Shown: positions 9,999-19,151 of the stretch, piece after piece
Numbering within the stretch: the stretch's first letter is position 1
How the letters are laid out: each line of letters starts with the position of its first letter
Assembly (NCBI GenBank): GCA_964584855.1
Contig: CAZPBF010000025.1
Location: 40,520 to 104,519 of the forward strand
Direction of reading: 5' to 3'
DNA length: 64,000 nucleotides
Source of the DNA: an uncultured Hyphomicrobiales bacterium
GTDB taxonomy: Bacteria; Pseudomonadota; Alphaproteobacteria; Rhizobiales; Xanthobacteraceae
The notes under the pieces: generated by a model
Database searches by the model: none
The model's input: only the letters and a program-made list of their open reading frames with translations
What the model was told of the DNA's origin: nothing
Position numbers and translations under genes: made by a program

Positions 9999-10667
9999 CT
10001 ATTTCGCGGCGACCGCCGTGCCGCGCCGCGCGGTTTCCTGCGCCGCGCGCTCGATCGCGTCCGCGAGATAATCGGGCGATTGCGCGCCGGACACCGCGAG
10101 CAGCCCGCCCAAGATGAAGCAGGGCACACCGTCGATCCCGGCCTCCTTGGCGGATTCAGCTTCCTGCGTCACGCGCTCGACGTCGGCGTCGGTCCCAAGC
10201 CGCGCGGTTACGTCGGCGCGGTCCAGCCCGCAATCCACAGCGGCCTGAATGAGCACCGCGCGGTCGGTGAGATCGCCGCCTTCGGTGAAATAGAGATCCA
10301 TCAGCCGCTGTTTCATGCGTGGAGCGTTGTCGCCGGCCCACGCGATCAGGCGATGGCAATCCGTCGTGTTTGGCTGGCGGCTGATCCGGTCCGGATTGTA
10401 GACGAGCCCCTCCTGCGCCGCCGCGGCGACGACGCGCTGCGCGATGTCCTTGTAGCGGGCAACCGATCCGAATTTCTTGGTGAGGTATTCTTCGCGGCTG
10501 ATTCCTTCGCGCGGAATCCAGTCATTGAGGAAATAGGGCCGGAAACGCACGGTGACGGGGATTTCGGGCTTGAGAGCGATGGCTTTTTCCAGCCGGCGCT
10601 TGCCGATGAAGCACCAGGGACAGACCACATCGGAAACAACGTCGATGGCAAGCGGGTCTTTGGTCAT
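9999..10667 (-). CDS. DsbA-family oxidoreductase (FrnE / 2-hydroxychromene-2-carboxylate isomerase-like)
   Basis: MTKDPLAIDVVSDVVCPWCFIGKRRLEKA contains the thioredoxin-fold CPWC motif at the position typical of the cytoplasmic DsbA-like family. Start at internal ATG 10667. Confidence 0.85.
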   Translation of the reverse strand: MTKDPLAIDVVSDVVCPWCFIGKRRLEKAIALKPEIPVTVRFRPYFLNDWIPREGISREEYLTKKFGSVARYKDIAQRVVAAAAQEGLVYNPDRISRQPNTTDCHRLIAWAGDNAPRMKQRLMDLYFTEGGDLTDRAVLIQAAVDCGLDRADVTARLGTDADVERVTQEAESAKEAGIDGVPCFILGGLLAVSGAQSPDYLADAIERAAQETARRGTAVAAK

Positions 10668-10707
10668 GGCGGAGCCTTCCTGCGCTCCGCCTAACGTAGG
10701 CGCCCGA

Positions 10708-11955
10708 TCACTCCGCCGCAATCTGGGGGGCCAAGACGCGCGCCAAAAGCGACATCACATCGTCGGCGGACTTGCGTCCCGCGAGCGTGACCGTCGGGGC
10801 AGCCGACTGCCTCTGGCCACCGGTCAGCATGGTGTGCTTCAGCGCGCTGGCGATCCGGCGCGCCACCACATGGGCCTGCTTGAGGTCGGTTTCGGAGAAG
10901 GTGACGAGGATCGATCCGTCATCTTGCCGGGAGCCGAAATCGGCGCCGCGCACGAGGCGGCTGACGAGGCGCGCGGCATCCATGCTGCTGCGATGGCCGA
11001 GGTCTGCAGGAAAGGCCAGCCGAGCGAGCGAAAGGCCGACGCCGCGTTCGCCCGCTGAGCGGATCGCGCGCTCAAGTTCGCGCGTGAATGTCTCCGGGCG
11101 GACGAGGCCGGTGTCCGGATCGATCATGCCGCCCTGGTCGAGCGACTGCATCACGCGCTTCAGCCGCGCCTCGAATGCGTGCAGCCGCACATACGGCAGA
11201 AGGTGCGCAATCAACTGGTCGGGGACGCTGGCCGGGATCAGATGCAGGTCGTGGTTGAGATGCACGCCCGGCCGCATCAGCACACCGATCGGCAGATCGC
11301 GGAAGCGCGTGTCTTCCTCCAGGATCGTGAGGAGGCCGTCGATCATGTCCGCCGGGAAGCCGTCGCCGATGACGAGGCCGTCGGCATCGCGGTCCTTCAG
11401 GTAGCGCGCGGCGGTCTCGATTGAGAGCGCGCCGATCAGGCCTGCGCGTTCGCCGACCGCAAGCGTCAGCGAAGGATAAGAGCGGCCACGCCCGGCCACG
11501 ATGACGATTGCATCTTCCAGCGGGTCGTTTTTCGGCGCGACCGGAATGGCGATCCCGTCGCTCGCGGCGATCTCGGCGCGGCGTAGCACCGATGCATGAA
11601 GCGTGCGGGCGCGGATCGCGGCCGACACCGCAAGGCAGACTGCGGAGACGGAGGCGTTTTCGCGGACCGGCAGGCTCTCGCGATAGGCCGGCGCTGCATC
11701 GCCGATCCGCGCGATGACAGGGATGATCGGCGCTGCCGTGGTGACCTGCCTCGCAAGTCCGCGCGCAAGCGCGATATCGGCTGCACATGCAGGGTCGGCG
11801 ATGACGATCGCCTCCGGCTGCGCTGCAGCGATGGCGTCGAGCGCGCTCGACGGATCGGCGTCGATGACGGGGAAGGCACCAGCCTGCGTCAGCGCGGCTG
11901 CGACCTCGCCGTGCGGCGCCTCGGCGATGACAACGAGCGAACCCTGCAGGGACAT
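10708..11955 (-). CDS. REC-like/REC-like/GGDEF-domain protein with degenerate active site (PopA/PleD architecture)
   Basis: The C-terminal domain starts DPDTGLVRPETF (compare the DxLTGLxNRRxF GGDEF-domain start). RGAD-FGS-RQDDGSILVTF aligns with PleD RAID-LPC-RYGGEEFVVIM: RxxD is kept and GGEEF is replaced by QDDGS. Two N-terminal CheY-sized segments lack obvious phospho-acceptor pairs. Confidence 0.7.
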   Translation of the reverse strand: MSLQGSLVVIAEAPHGEVAAALTQAGAFPVIDADPSSALDAIAAAQPEAIVIADPACAADIALARGLARQVTTAAPIIPVIARIGDAAPAYRESLPVRENASVSAVCLAVSAAIRARTLHASVLRRAEIAASDGIAIPVAPKNDPLEDAIVIVAGRGRSYPSLTLAVGERAGLIGALSIETAARYLKDRDADGLVIGDGFPADMIDGLLTILEEDTRFRDLPIGVLMRPGVHLNHDLHLIPASVPDQLIAHLLPYVRLHAFEARLKRVMQSLDQGGMIDPDTGLVRPETFTRELERAIRSAGERGVGLSLARLAFPADLGHRSSMDAARLVSRLVRGADFGSRQDDGSILVTFSETDLKQAHVVARRIASALKHTMLTGGQRQSAAPTVTLAGRKSADDVMSLLARVLAPQIAAE

Positions 11956-12059
11956 CGGCGGTCACGGATTGCGGTGAAAGGTCGCAAACCTTACGCGGAA
12001 TCCACTTAATGGCGCGTCAACGCGGGGTCGGACTTTCTTTGGCGGCAGGAAACGGATTG

Positions 12060-13616
12060 TTACGCCGCGTCCGGCTGGCCGCGCTCGCGGAAGGCGCGAA
12101 GCACCAGCGGGTTGACCCCGGTCGCGCTCAAGGCGTGGCGGATGGCGGCGCGGTCTTCGGCATGGCCTGCCAGGCGATGGCCGGTCAGCGTGTCGGGCAG
12201 CGCAGCGAGCGTACCATTCGCGTCCGCGCCGGTGACGAGCTCCTGCAGGTCGCGCAAGCCGAAGCGGTAGCCTCCGACATTGATCATTCCCGCGGGCGGG
12301 CCGGTGACGACGATCGCGTCGGCGTCGCGCTCGGCGCGGCAGGTATATCCGGTGTTGACCGTGCCATCGGGCGCGATCCGCATCGCCGGGAGCCCTGCGC
12401 GTTCGGCATCCTGTGGGAAGGGGTGGCGCGGCACCATCGGTCCGCGGAGTGCAACCGTTCCCGCATCAGTCCGCGAGATTTCGGCGACCTGCACCTGATT
12501 GGGACCGTTGCGCGGCGCGGTGACCGTTCCGAGCGGCAGCGGCGCCGGCTTTCCATCTGCGCTACGCCGCCCAGCGATGAGCGCGGTTTCGCCGAACACG
12601 ACGACGTCGGTCATGGAAATGCCGGCATCGCGCCACGGCGCGGCGCCGGCAAGGCGTTCGGGTGAGCGCCACATCGCAATTACGCTTTTCACCCCGTCCG
12701 CCGCCAAAAGCATGCCTGCTTCGGCAAGGCGCGGAACGACGGCGCCGGGAAGGACCAGCGTGTCGCAGCGATGCGTCTTGATCTGCTCGGCGAAGATCGC
12801 GGGGGTGAACGGATCGTGCAGTACGAGCGTTCCCCCTGAGAACAGCCACGGCATCAGGCTCACCGACAGGCCGGCGAGCGAGGCGGGCTCCACGGTCGAC
12901 AGGATGACAGCATCCTGCTGGACCCTGCTTTCGAGCGTGACGGCGAGGCCCGCCGTCAGCAATTCGGTCTGGTTGCGCGCGACGGCGACCAGGCCGTCCG
13001 CGGTGATATCCCAGGTGATGACGGCCACGTGCGCGGCCGGATTCTGCTTGCGCTCGCGGCCAGGCTCGGGGATCGGATCGAGCTTCTCGATCGTGTAGAG
13101 GTCGTCGAGCGGGATCACGCCGTCAGCAAGCTTCGCGCCGAAGCCGCACACGTAGCGGATCGGGAAAATCTCGGCCGCGACCTGCATGGCGATCTGGCAA
13201 TGATCGACACCGCGATGCGCTCCGCAAGCGATCAATCCCTTCGCGCCGATACGCGCGAGGGCCGCGATGCAGTCCGCGCGGCGCCACAGGAGCGGCAGAG
13301 GGGCCGCGATCATTCCCGCGCGCAAGACGCCGAGAAAAGTCAGTATGCTCTCGACGTTGTTGGGCAGTTGCATGCCGACGACGGCATCGGTGGACAACCC
13401 GATGCGGCGCAGGCGTCCGGCAATTGCCGAAACCATGCGATCGGCCTGCGCGTAGGACAGATGTCGCGGCGCGACACCTTCGGTGTCGGCGCGATCGGCG
13501 GGATCGACCAGCGCCAGCGCATCCGGGCGGCGTTCCACGGTGCGACGGAACACATCGTCCAGCGTGGTCCGCGCGCCCGCGGCGGGCGTGTTGCGTGCCG
13601 GGTCACCGAGGATCAT
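12060..13616 (-). CDS. ANL-superfamily (acyl-CoA synthetase-like) protein lacking the canonical P-loop
   Basis: Overall adenylate-forming enzyme layout (LSYAQADRMVSAIAGRLRRIGL..., INVGGYRFGLRDLQELV near the C-terminus). Where TSGTTGxPKG is expected the sequence is ITWDITADGLVAV. The ATG at 13616 overlaps the upstream stop (ATGA). An alternative ATG lies at 13631. Confidence 0.7.
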   Translation of the reverse strand: MILGDPARNTPAAGARTTLDDVFRRTVERRPDALALVDPADRADTEGVAPRHLSYAQADRMVSAIAGRLRRIGLSTDAVVGMQLPNNVESILTFLGVLRAGMIAAPLPLLWRRADCIAALARIGAKGLIACGAHRGVDHCQIAMQVAAEIFPIRYVCGFGAKLADGVIPLDDLYTIEKLDPIPEPGRERKQNPAAHVAVITWDITADGLVAVARNQTELLTAGLAVTLESRVQQDAVILSTVEPASLAGLSVSLMPWLFSGGTLVLHDPFTPAIFAEQIKTHRCDTLVLPGAVVPRLAEAGMLLAADGVKSVIAMWRSPERLAGAAPWRDAGISMTDVVVFGETALIAGRRSADGKPAPLPLGTVTAPRNGPNQVQVAEISRTDAGTVALRGPMVPRHPFPQDAERAGLPAMRIAPDGTVNTGYTCRAERDADAIVVTGPPAGMINVGGYRFGLRDLQELVTGADANGTLAALPDTLTGHRLAGHAEDRAAIRHALSATGVNPLVLRAFRERGQPDAA

Positions 13617-15442
13617 GGCTTGTGCCACCATGTTTCGGGGAGATAACCGAACAACGACGTCGCCGCCGGATGTTCGATCGCGTTCCAGCGCGCGACCCAT
13701 TGCTCCGGCAGGTAGAAGAGCGGCACAACGTAGAAACCCGAAATGAGAAGCCGGTCGAGCGCGCGCGCGGCGGCGACGAGATCGGCGCGCTCGCGCCCGC
13801 GCAGCATCGCAGCGATCACGGCATCGATGGCGGGATTTTTCGCGCCCATGTAGTTGCGCGTTCCTTCCTGATCGGCGGCCGCGCTGCTCCAGTAGAAAGT
13901 CTGCTCGTTGCCGGGCGACAGAGACAGCTCCCATTTGTAGGGAATCATGTCGTAATCATACTTGTTCTGGCGCACCGTGAATTGCAGGTTCTCGACCAGC
14001 CGCACGCGCGCGTTTATTCCGGCGCGCTTCAGGTCGCGGACAAAGGCGAGCGCGAGGCGCTCCGCATCCTTGGTCGTGACCGCAATCTCGAATTCGAAAG
14101 GAGCGCCGGTCGCACGATTGCGCAGCACCGTGCCGTCGAGCGCATAGCCCGCTTGCGCAAACAGCGCGAACGCCTTCCTCAGATTGTCGCGGTCGCGTCC
14201 CGTCCCATCCGAGGCCGGCGGGCGCCACGACCCGTCCATCACGTCGGCGCGCACCGCGCCCGGGAAGGGGTCAAGCAGCACGCGCTCGCGTTCGTCGGCA
14301 GGACGGCCGGCGAAAGACAATTCCGAGCCTTCGAAATAGCTCGAGGTCCGGCGGAACAGTCCGAAATAGAAATTCTTGTTGAGCCACTCGGAGTCGAGCA
14401 GGTAGCCGATCGCCTCGCGCACCCGCACGTCGGAAAAGATCGCGCGGCGCGTGTTGAAGACGAGCGCGTTCATCGGCTTCGGCAGACCGTAGGGAAAGCC
14501 CTCCTTCACCACGCGGCCGTCGCGTAGAGCCGGGAAGTCGTATTGGGTCGACCATCGGCCCGGATCGGTTTCCTCGCGGACGTCGTAGAGCCCTTTCTTG
14601 AAGGCCTCGAAATGCGTGTTGGCGTCGCGGTAATAGTCGAAACGCACCTCGTCGAAATTCCACAGGCCGCGATTGATCGGAAGATCGCGGCCCCAGTAAT
14701 TCGGATCGCGGGTGAGGGTGACGCTCTCACCAGGCCGCACCTGCGTGATGCGATAAGGTCCGCTGCCAATCGGCGGTTCGAGGCTCGTCTCGTCGAAGGT
14801 GTCCGGGTTGACCGCGTGCTTGGGCAGGACCGGCATGAGGCCAAGGATCAGCGGCAATTCGCGGTCGTCGGCGCCGCTCAGATCGAAACGAACCGAGCGC
14901 CCGGAAATTTCCGCGGATTTCACCTTGGCATAATAGATCTGAAGATTGCGCCGGCCCTTGTCGCGCAGCAATTGCCACGAGAACACGACGTCTTCCGGCG
15001 TGATCGGCTTGCCGTCGGAGAAATGCGCGCGCGGATCGATCGTGAAGGTGACGAAGCTGCGCGCATCGTCCGTCTCGACGCTGTCCGCGATCAATCCATA
15101 GAGCGTGAACGGCTCGGAATAGCCGCGCGCCATCAAACTTTCGATCACGTAAGCGCGGATCGATTGCGCAGGCGTGCCCTTCAGGATCAGGGGATTGAGG
15201 CTATCGAAAGTGCCGAGGGCACCTTGAACGAGCCTTCCCCCTTTCGGAGCCTGTGGATTGGCGTAGGGCGGCGTCGTGAAGCCGGCGGGCCAGGCCGGCT
15301 CGCCGTGCATCGCGATGGCGTGGCGCGCTTCTGCGTTGCACCAATCCGGTACTGCGATCAAAGCAGCGAGGACGAGCAGGGCGCGGGGAAGCATCTTCGC
15401 CGAAATGCGGATGCGTGCGATGCTTGGAAAGGTCATTCGCAT
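13613..15442 (-). CDS. ABC-transporter substrate-binding protein, family 5 (YejA/peptide-type), no adjacent permease or ATPase
   Basis: Signal peptide MRMTFPSIARIRISAKMLPRALLVLAALIAVP, then about 580 aa with typical SBP_bac_5 blocks (FSDGKPITPEDVVFSW, GSGPYRI, NYWG). Start at internal ATG 15442; alternatives are 15436 and 15394. Confidence 0.85.
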   Translation of the reverse strand: MRMTFPSIARIRISAKMLPRALLVLAALIAVPDWCNAEARHAIAMHGEPAWPAGFTTPPYANPQAPKGGRLVQGALGTFDSLNPLILKGTPAQSIRAYVIESLMARGYSEPFTLYGLIADSVETDDARSFVTFTIDPRAHFSDGKPITPEDVVFSWQLLRDKGRRNLQIYYAKVKSAEISGRSVRFDLSGADDRELPLILGLMPVLPKHAVNPDTFDETSLEPPIGSGPYRITQVRPGESVTLTRDPNYWGRDLPINRGLWNFDEVRFDYYRDANTHFEAFKKGLYDVREETDPGRWSTQYDFPALRDGRVVKEGFPYGLPKPMNALVFNTRRAIFSDVRVREAIGYLLDSEWLNKNFYFGLFRRTSSYFEGSELSFAGRPADERERVLLDPFPGAVRADVMDGSWRPPASDGTGRDRDNLRKAFALFAQAGYALDGTVLRNRATGAPFEFEIAVTTKDAERLALAFVRDLKRAGINARVRLVENLQFTVRQNKYDYDMIPYKWELSLSPGNEQTFYWSSAAADQEGTRNYMGAKNPAIDAVIAAMLRGRERADLVAAARALDRLLISGFYVVPLFYLPEQWVARWNAIEHPAATSLFGYLPETWWHKP

Positions 15443-15686
15443 CGAGTTTTTCGGTTTGATTCCCGCCCTCCCTTGCTTCATACAGCATTCCCCTGCCGAG
15501 GCGGTGACCGCACCGGCATAATCACCGTTATTCAATGTCCGGCGCTTTATTGGCTTGCCAAATTCGGGTATCAGGCAGGTCATCGGCGTCACGCTGTTGC
15601 CTTTATTTGCGTCAAGACACGCCACATCCGGACGCCGGTCGGGGCGACTTGGGCCGTCTGCGCGGCAAGACAAGAGGAATTGGTCA

Positions 15687-16469
15687 ATGATCTATCGGAT
15701 TGCGTCCGCGTTCGCGGCCGCCTTTGTGCTGGCGATGGCCGGCGCGGGATTAGCGCTGGCGCAGACACCGCCCGCTCCCGCAAAACCCGCGGCACCGGCC
15801 GCGAAGCCTGCCGCACCTGCCAAGCCCGCCGCTGCGGCTCCCAAGCAGGGCGCACCAGCGCCGGCTCAGGCCCAGCAGCAGCCTGCTCCCGCCGCCGGAC
15901 AGCAGCAGGGTGAGGTTCAGCTCATCTATTCGCCCTGGACCAAGTTCTGCCTGAAGGGGCAGGAGGCGAATGCCAAACAGGTCTGCTTCACCGGCAAGGA
16001 CGCGCGTCTGGAATCCGGAATGCCGGTCGTCGCCGCGGTCCTGATCGAGCCGGAAGGCGAAGCGAAGAAGGTTCTGCGCGTGACGCTGCCGCTCGGCATG
16101 CAGCTTGTCCACGGCACCCGCGTCATCATCGACCAGAACCAGCCGTCGCAGGGTCCGTATGTGATCTGCTTCACCAACGGATGCATGTCCGATTACGAGG
16201 TGAATGCCGATCTCGTCGGCAAGCTCAAGAAGGGTCAGCAGCTCGCCGTGCAGGCAATCAACGGCAATGGCCAGCCGGTCAGCCTGCTGCTTCCGTTGAA
16301 CGATTTCGCGAAGGCCTATGACGGTCCTCCGACCGATCCGAAGGTGTTCGAAGAGCAGCAGAAGAAGCTGCAGGAAGAATTGCAGGCCCGTGCCGACAAG
16401 GCGCGCAAGGAACTTGAGGCCAAGGGTGGCGCCGCGGGCGCGGCTCCTGCGCCGGCGCCGAAGCAATAA
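15687..16469 (+). CDS. Invasion-associated locus B (IalB) family protein
   Basis: Signal peptide, a Pro/Ala-rich linker, then WTKFCLKG...ICFTNGCMSDYEV... typical of IalB domains. Start at internal ATG 15687. Confidence 0.85.
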   Translation: MIYRIASAFAAAFVLAMAGAGLALAQTPPAPAKPAAPAAKPAAPAKPAAAAPKQGAPAPAQAQQQPAPAAGQQQGEVQLIYSPWTKFCLKGQEANAKQVCFTGKDARLESGMPVVAAVLIEPEGEAKKVLRVTLPLGMQLVHGTRVIIDQNQPSQGPYVICFTNGCMSDYEVNADLVGKLKKGQQLAVQAINGNGQPVSLLLPLNDFAKAYDGPPTDPKVFEEQQKKLQEELQARADKARKELEAKGGAAGAAPAPAPKQ

Positions 16470-16488
16470 CTGTCCTGCTGCCGCAGAC

Positions 16489-16520
16489 AAAAAAGGCGCG
16501 CCGGTCAGGCGCGCTTTTTT
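16489..16520. terminator. Bidirectional intrinsic terminator between ialB-like gene and hspQ
   Basis: AAAAAA-GGCGCGCC-ggtca-GGCGCGC-TTTTTT. A GC-rich stem flanked by an A-run and a T-run, so it works in both directions between convergent genes. Confidence 0.85.
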
Positions 16521-16548
16521 CATTGGCGGGTTCGTCGCCGCCCCGATG

Positions 16549-16914
16549 TCAGTTCATCACGAGATCGCGCAGGCGGAATTTTCCTCGCGAGTCCCGCGTA
16601 AACGCCTCGCGCACCTGAGGATGGCGGATCGGATCGCCGGACTCGTCGGGCAACAGATTTTGCTCGGAGACATAGGCGACGTACTCGCTTTCGGCGTTCT
16701 CGGCGAACAGGTGATAGAACGGCTGGTCTTTATGCGGCCGCACGTCTTCAGGGATCGCCTGCCACCATTCCTCGGTGTTGCTGAACACCGGATCGATGTC
16801 GAACACCACGCCGCGGAACGGAAACACGCGGTGGCGCACAACGTCGCCGATCCGGTATTTGGCGACACGCGCCCTGATCTCGTTGGGGGGCTGGGACTGG
16901 GAGACTTTGGTCAT
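16549..16914 (-). CDS. hspQ: Heat-shock protein HspQ (hemimethylated-DNA-binding YccV family)
   Basis: 121 aa. KYRIGDVVRHRVFPFRGVVFDIDPVF...PFYHLFAENAESEYVAYVSEQNL matches the HspQ/YccV core. Confidence 0.88.
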   Translation of the reverse strand: MTKVSQSQPPNEIRARVAKYRIGDVVRHRVFPFRGVVFDIDPVFSNTEEWWQAIPEDVRPHKDQPFYHLFAENAESEYVAYVSEQNLLPDESGDPIRHPQVREAFTRDSRGKFRLRDLVMN

Positions 16915-16957
16915 GACGGCATCAACATAGGATTGAATTGCGGCGGATCACAGACTG

Positions 16958-18001
16958 TCAAATCCCGTAAACCTTCGCGAGGTCGGGGTCCTTGCGGGCG
17001 ACCAGGCTTGCCAGATCCAGCACAACCTTGGCCTGTTTCCAGGTTGCATCGTCCTGCATCTTGCCGTCGATCATGACGGCCCCGGTGCCGTCCGGCATGG
17101 CCTCGACGATCTTGCGAGCGAAGGCGACCTCGCCGGGATCGGGCGAGAACACGCGCTTGGCTATCGCGATCTGAGATGGATGCAGCGACCAGGCCCCGGC
17201 ACAGCCCATCAGGAATGCATTGCGGAACTGGGCCTCGCAGGCTTCGGCGTCGGAGAAGTCGCCGAACGGACCGTAGAAGGGCTTGATCCCGGCGGCTGCG
17301 CAGGCGTCGACCATCTTGCCGATCGTGTAATGCCACAGGTCCTGCTGATAGGCCGCGCGCGCGCCGCCCTCAGCCTTCGCGTCCGCAAGCACCTTGTAAT
17401 CGGGATGACCGCCGCCGACCCGCGTCGTCTTCATCGCGCGCGAGGCAGCGAGATCGGCCGGACCCAGGCTCATGCCGTGCATGCGCGGCGAGGCGCTCGC
17501 GATCGCTTCGACGTTGTTCACGCCCTCGGCGGTTTCGAGGATTGCGTGGATGAGGATCGGCTTTTTCACGCCGTGCTTCGCTTCGAGCTGCGCGAGGAGC
17601 TGATCGAGATAATGGATGTCCCACGGCCCGTCGACTTTGGGCAGCATCATCACGTCGAGCTTGTCGCCGATCGCGGCGACGATCTGCGTGATGTCGTCGA
17701 GAACCCAGGGCGAATTGAGCGCGTTGATGCGCGTCCACAAACCGGTCGCGCCGAAATCGTACTTCTTGCCCATCTCGAGGAAGCCCGCGCGCGCCGCTTC
17801 CTTCGCATCCGCCGGCACCGCATCTTCGAGATTTCCGAGTACGACATCGACCTGGGCGATCAGCTCGGGCGTCTTGGCACGCATTTTTTCGACATGCGGC
17901 GGCATGAAATGGATCATGCGCTCGAGCCGCACCGGCATGTCGCGCAGCGGAGCGGGGGCCCCGATCGCGAGCGGCTTGAAGAACTGGCGCGGCAGCTTCA
18001 T
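16958..18001 (-). CDS. mcl: HpcH/HpaI/CitE-superfamily CoA-ester lyase, malyl-CoA/beta-methylmalyl-CoA/citramalyl-CoA lyase-like
   Basis: 347 aa. [10 protein letters not shown]..., [32 protein letters not shown] and [19 protein letters not shown] closely resemble, from memory, the 348-aa Chloroflexus-type Mcl. Start at internal ATG 18001. Confidence 0.75.
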   Translation of the reverse strand: MKLPRQFFKPLAIGAPAPLRDMPVRLERMIHFMPPHVEKMRAKTPELIAQVDVVLGNLEDAVPADAKEAARAGFLEMGKKYDFGATGLWTRINALNSPWVLDDITQIVAAIGDKLDVMMLPKVDGPWDIHYLDQLLAQLEAKHGVKKPILIHAILETAEGVNNVEAIASASPRMHGMSLGPADLAASRAMKTTRVGGGHPDYKVLADAKAEGGARAAYQQDLWHYTIGKMVDACAAAGIKPFYGPFGDFSDAEACEAQFRNAFLMGCAGAWSLHPSQIAIAKRVFSPDPGEVAFARKIVEAMPDGTGAVMIDGKMQDDATWKQAKVVLDLASLVARKDPDLAKVYGI

Positions 18002-18183
18002 TCGAACGATCCTCCCGTTCCGGCCATCGCCCTGCCGGCGCATGTCGGTCGCGCATCGTTACACGCCGCGCCATGCGCAAACCAAGGTCTTGTTGGACGC
18101 AAATTTCGCGCCAATCCAACGTTCCGCATTGACCCCCGGAAATCCAACCGATACGCACACCGACCGGTGCAAAAAATCCTGCA

Positions 18184-19143
18184 ATGATCGACGTTCTCAA
18201 TCTTGCGTTGCCTTATTTCGGCTTGATCTTTCTCGGCTATGCCTGCGGACGCGGCAAGCCGATCCCTGATACCGGCCTCGCCTGGATGAATTTCTTCCTC
18301 ATCTACGTGGCATTGCCGTGCCTGTTCTATCGCATTCTGGCAAAGACCCCGGTGGAGGAGCTGAACAATATCCCGTTTGTTGTGAGCACCTCGCTTGCAA
18401 CTTACGCTGCCTTCGCGCTCGCTTTCGCAATTGGGGCGGTGATGCTGCGGGGGCGCAACGCGGAGGCGACGATCGCTGGCCTTGCCGGCGCCTATGGCAA
18501 TGTCGGTTACATGGGACCGGGGCTTGCGCTCTCGACGCTCGGCGCGCAGGCGGCTGTGCCGGTTGCATTGATCTTCTGCTTCGACAATATCCTGGTCTTC
18601 TCGCTTGTCCCATTTCTGATGGCGCTCACCGGGACCGAGCACAAAGGCTTTCGCGCGGTCGCGCGCGATGTCGCCACACGTATCATCCTGCATCCTTTCA
18701 TCATCGCGACCGCGCTCGGTGTCGCGTCCGCCTTCCTGCACTTGGAGCCGCCGGTCGCGCTCGACCGGTTGATGCAGTTCCTGCAGAATGCCGCGGCGCC
18801 ATGCGCGCTGTTCGCGCTTGGGGTGACGGTTGCGCTGCGTCCGTTCCGCGCGATGCCGTGGGAGGTGCCGGCCGTGCTGCTGGTGAAGCTCGTGCTGCAT
18901 CCGTTGATCGTGCTCCTGCTATTGAGCCTGCTCGGGCCTTTTTCCCAGGTATGGGTCTATACGGCGGTGCTGATGGCGGCATTGCCGCCCGCGCTCAACG
19001 TCTTCATCATGGCGAGGCAATACGACACCGGGGTGGAATCCGCGTCCGCCTCGGTGCTGATCGGCACGCTCACTTCGGTTGTCACGCTGACTGCGGTGAT
19101 GTGGCTGGTGAAGAGCGGAATGCTTCCCGTGCGGTTGTTCTGA
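18184..19143 (+). CDS. AEC (auxin efflux carrier) family transporter
   Basis: 319 aa, about 10 TM helices. The N-terminus MIDVLNLALPYFGLIFLGYACGR is typical of the bacterial AEC/Mem_trans family. Confidence 0.85.
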   Translation: MIDVLNLALPYFGLIFLGYACGRGKPIPDTGLAWMNFFLIYVALPCLFYRILAKTPVEELNNIPFVVSTSLATYAAFALAFAIGAVMLRGRNAEATIAGLAGAYGNVGYMGPGLALSTLGAQAAVPVALIFCFDNILVFSLVPFLMALTGTEHKGFRAVARDVATRIILHPFIIATALGVASAFLHLEPPVALDRLMQFLQNAAAPCALFALGVTVALRPFRAMPWEVPAVLLVKLVLHPLIVLLLLSLLGPFSQVWVYTAVLMAALPPALNVFIMARQYDTGVESASASVLIGTLTSVVTLTAVMWLVKSGMLPVRLF

Positions 19144-19151
19144 GCGCGCCG

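Noticed and set aside
18318-19151. N-terminal 278 codons of the 643-aa track ORF, plus the similar long extensions of the ORFs at 21306, 22019, 36812, 38136 and 9803
   Set aside because: Each extension lies out of frame over a well-supported neighbouring gene and is Arg/Ala/Gly/Pro-rich. Each real protein begins at an internal ATG or GTG with an RBS and a family-typical N-terminus.
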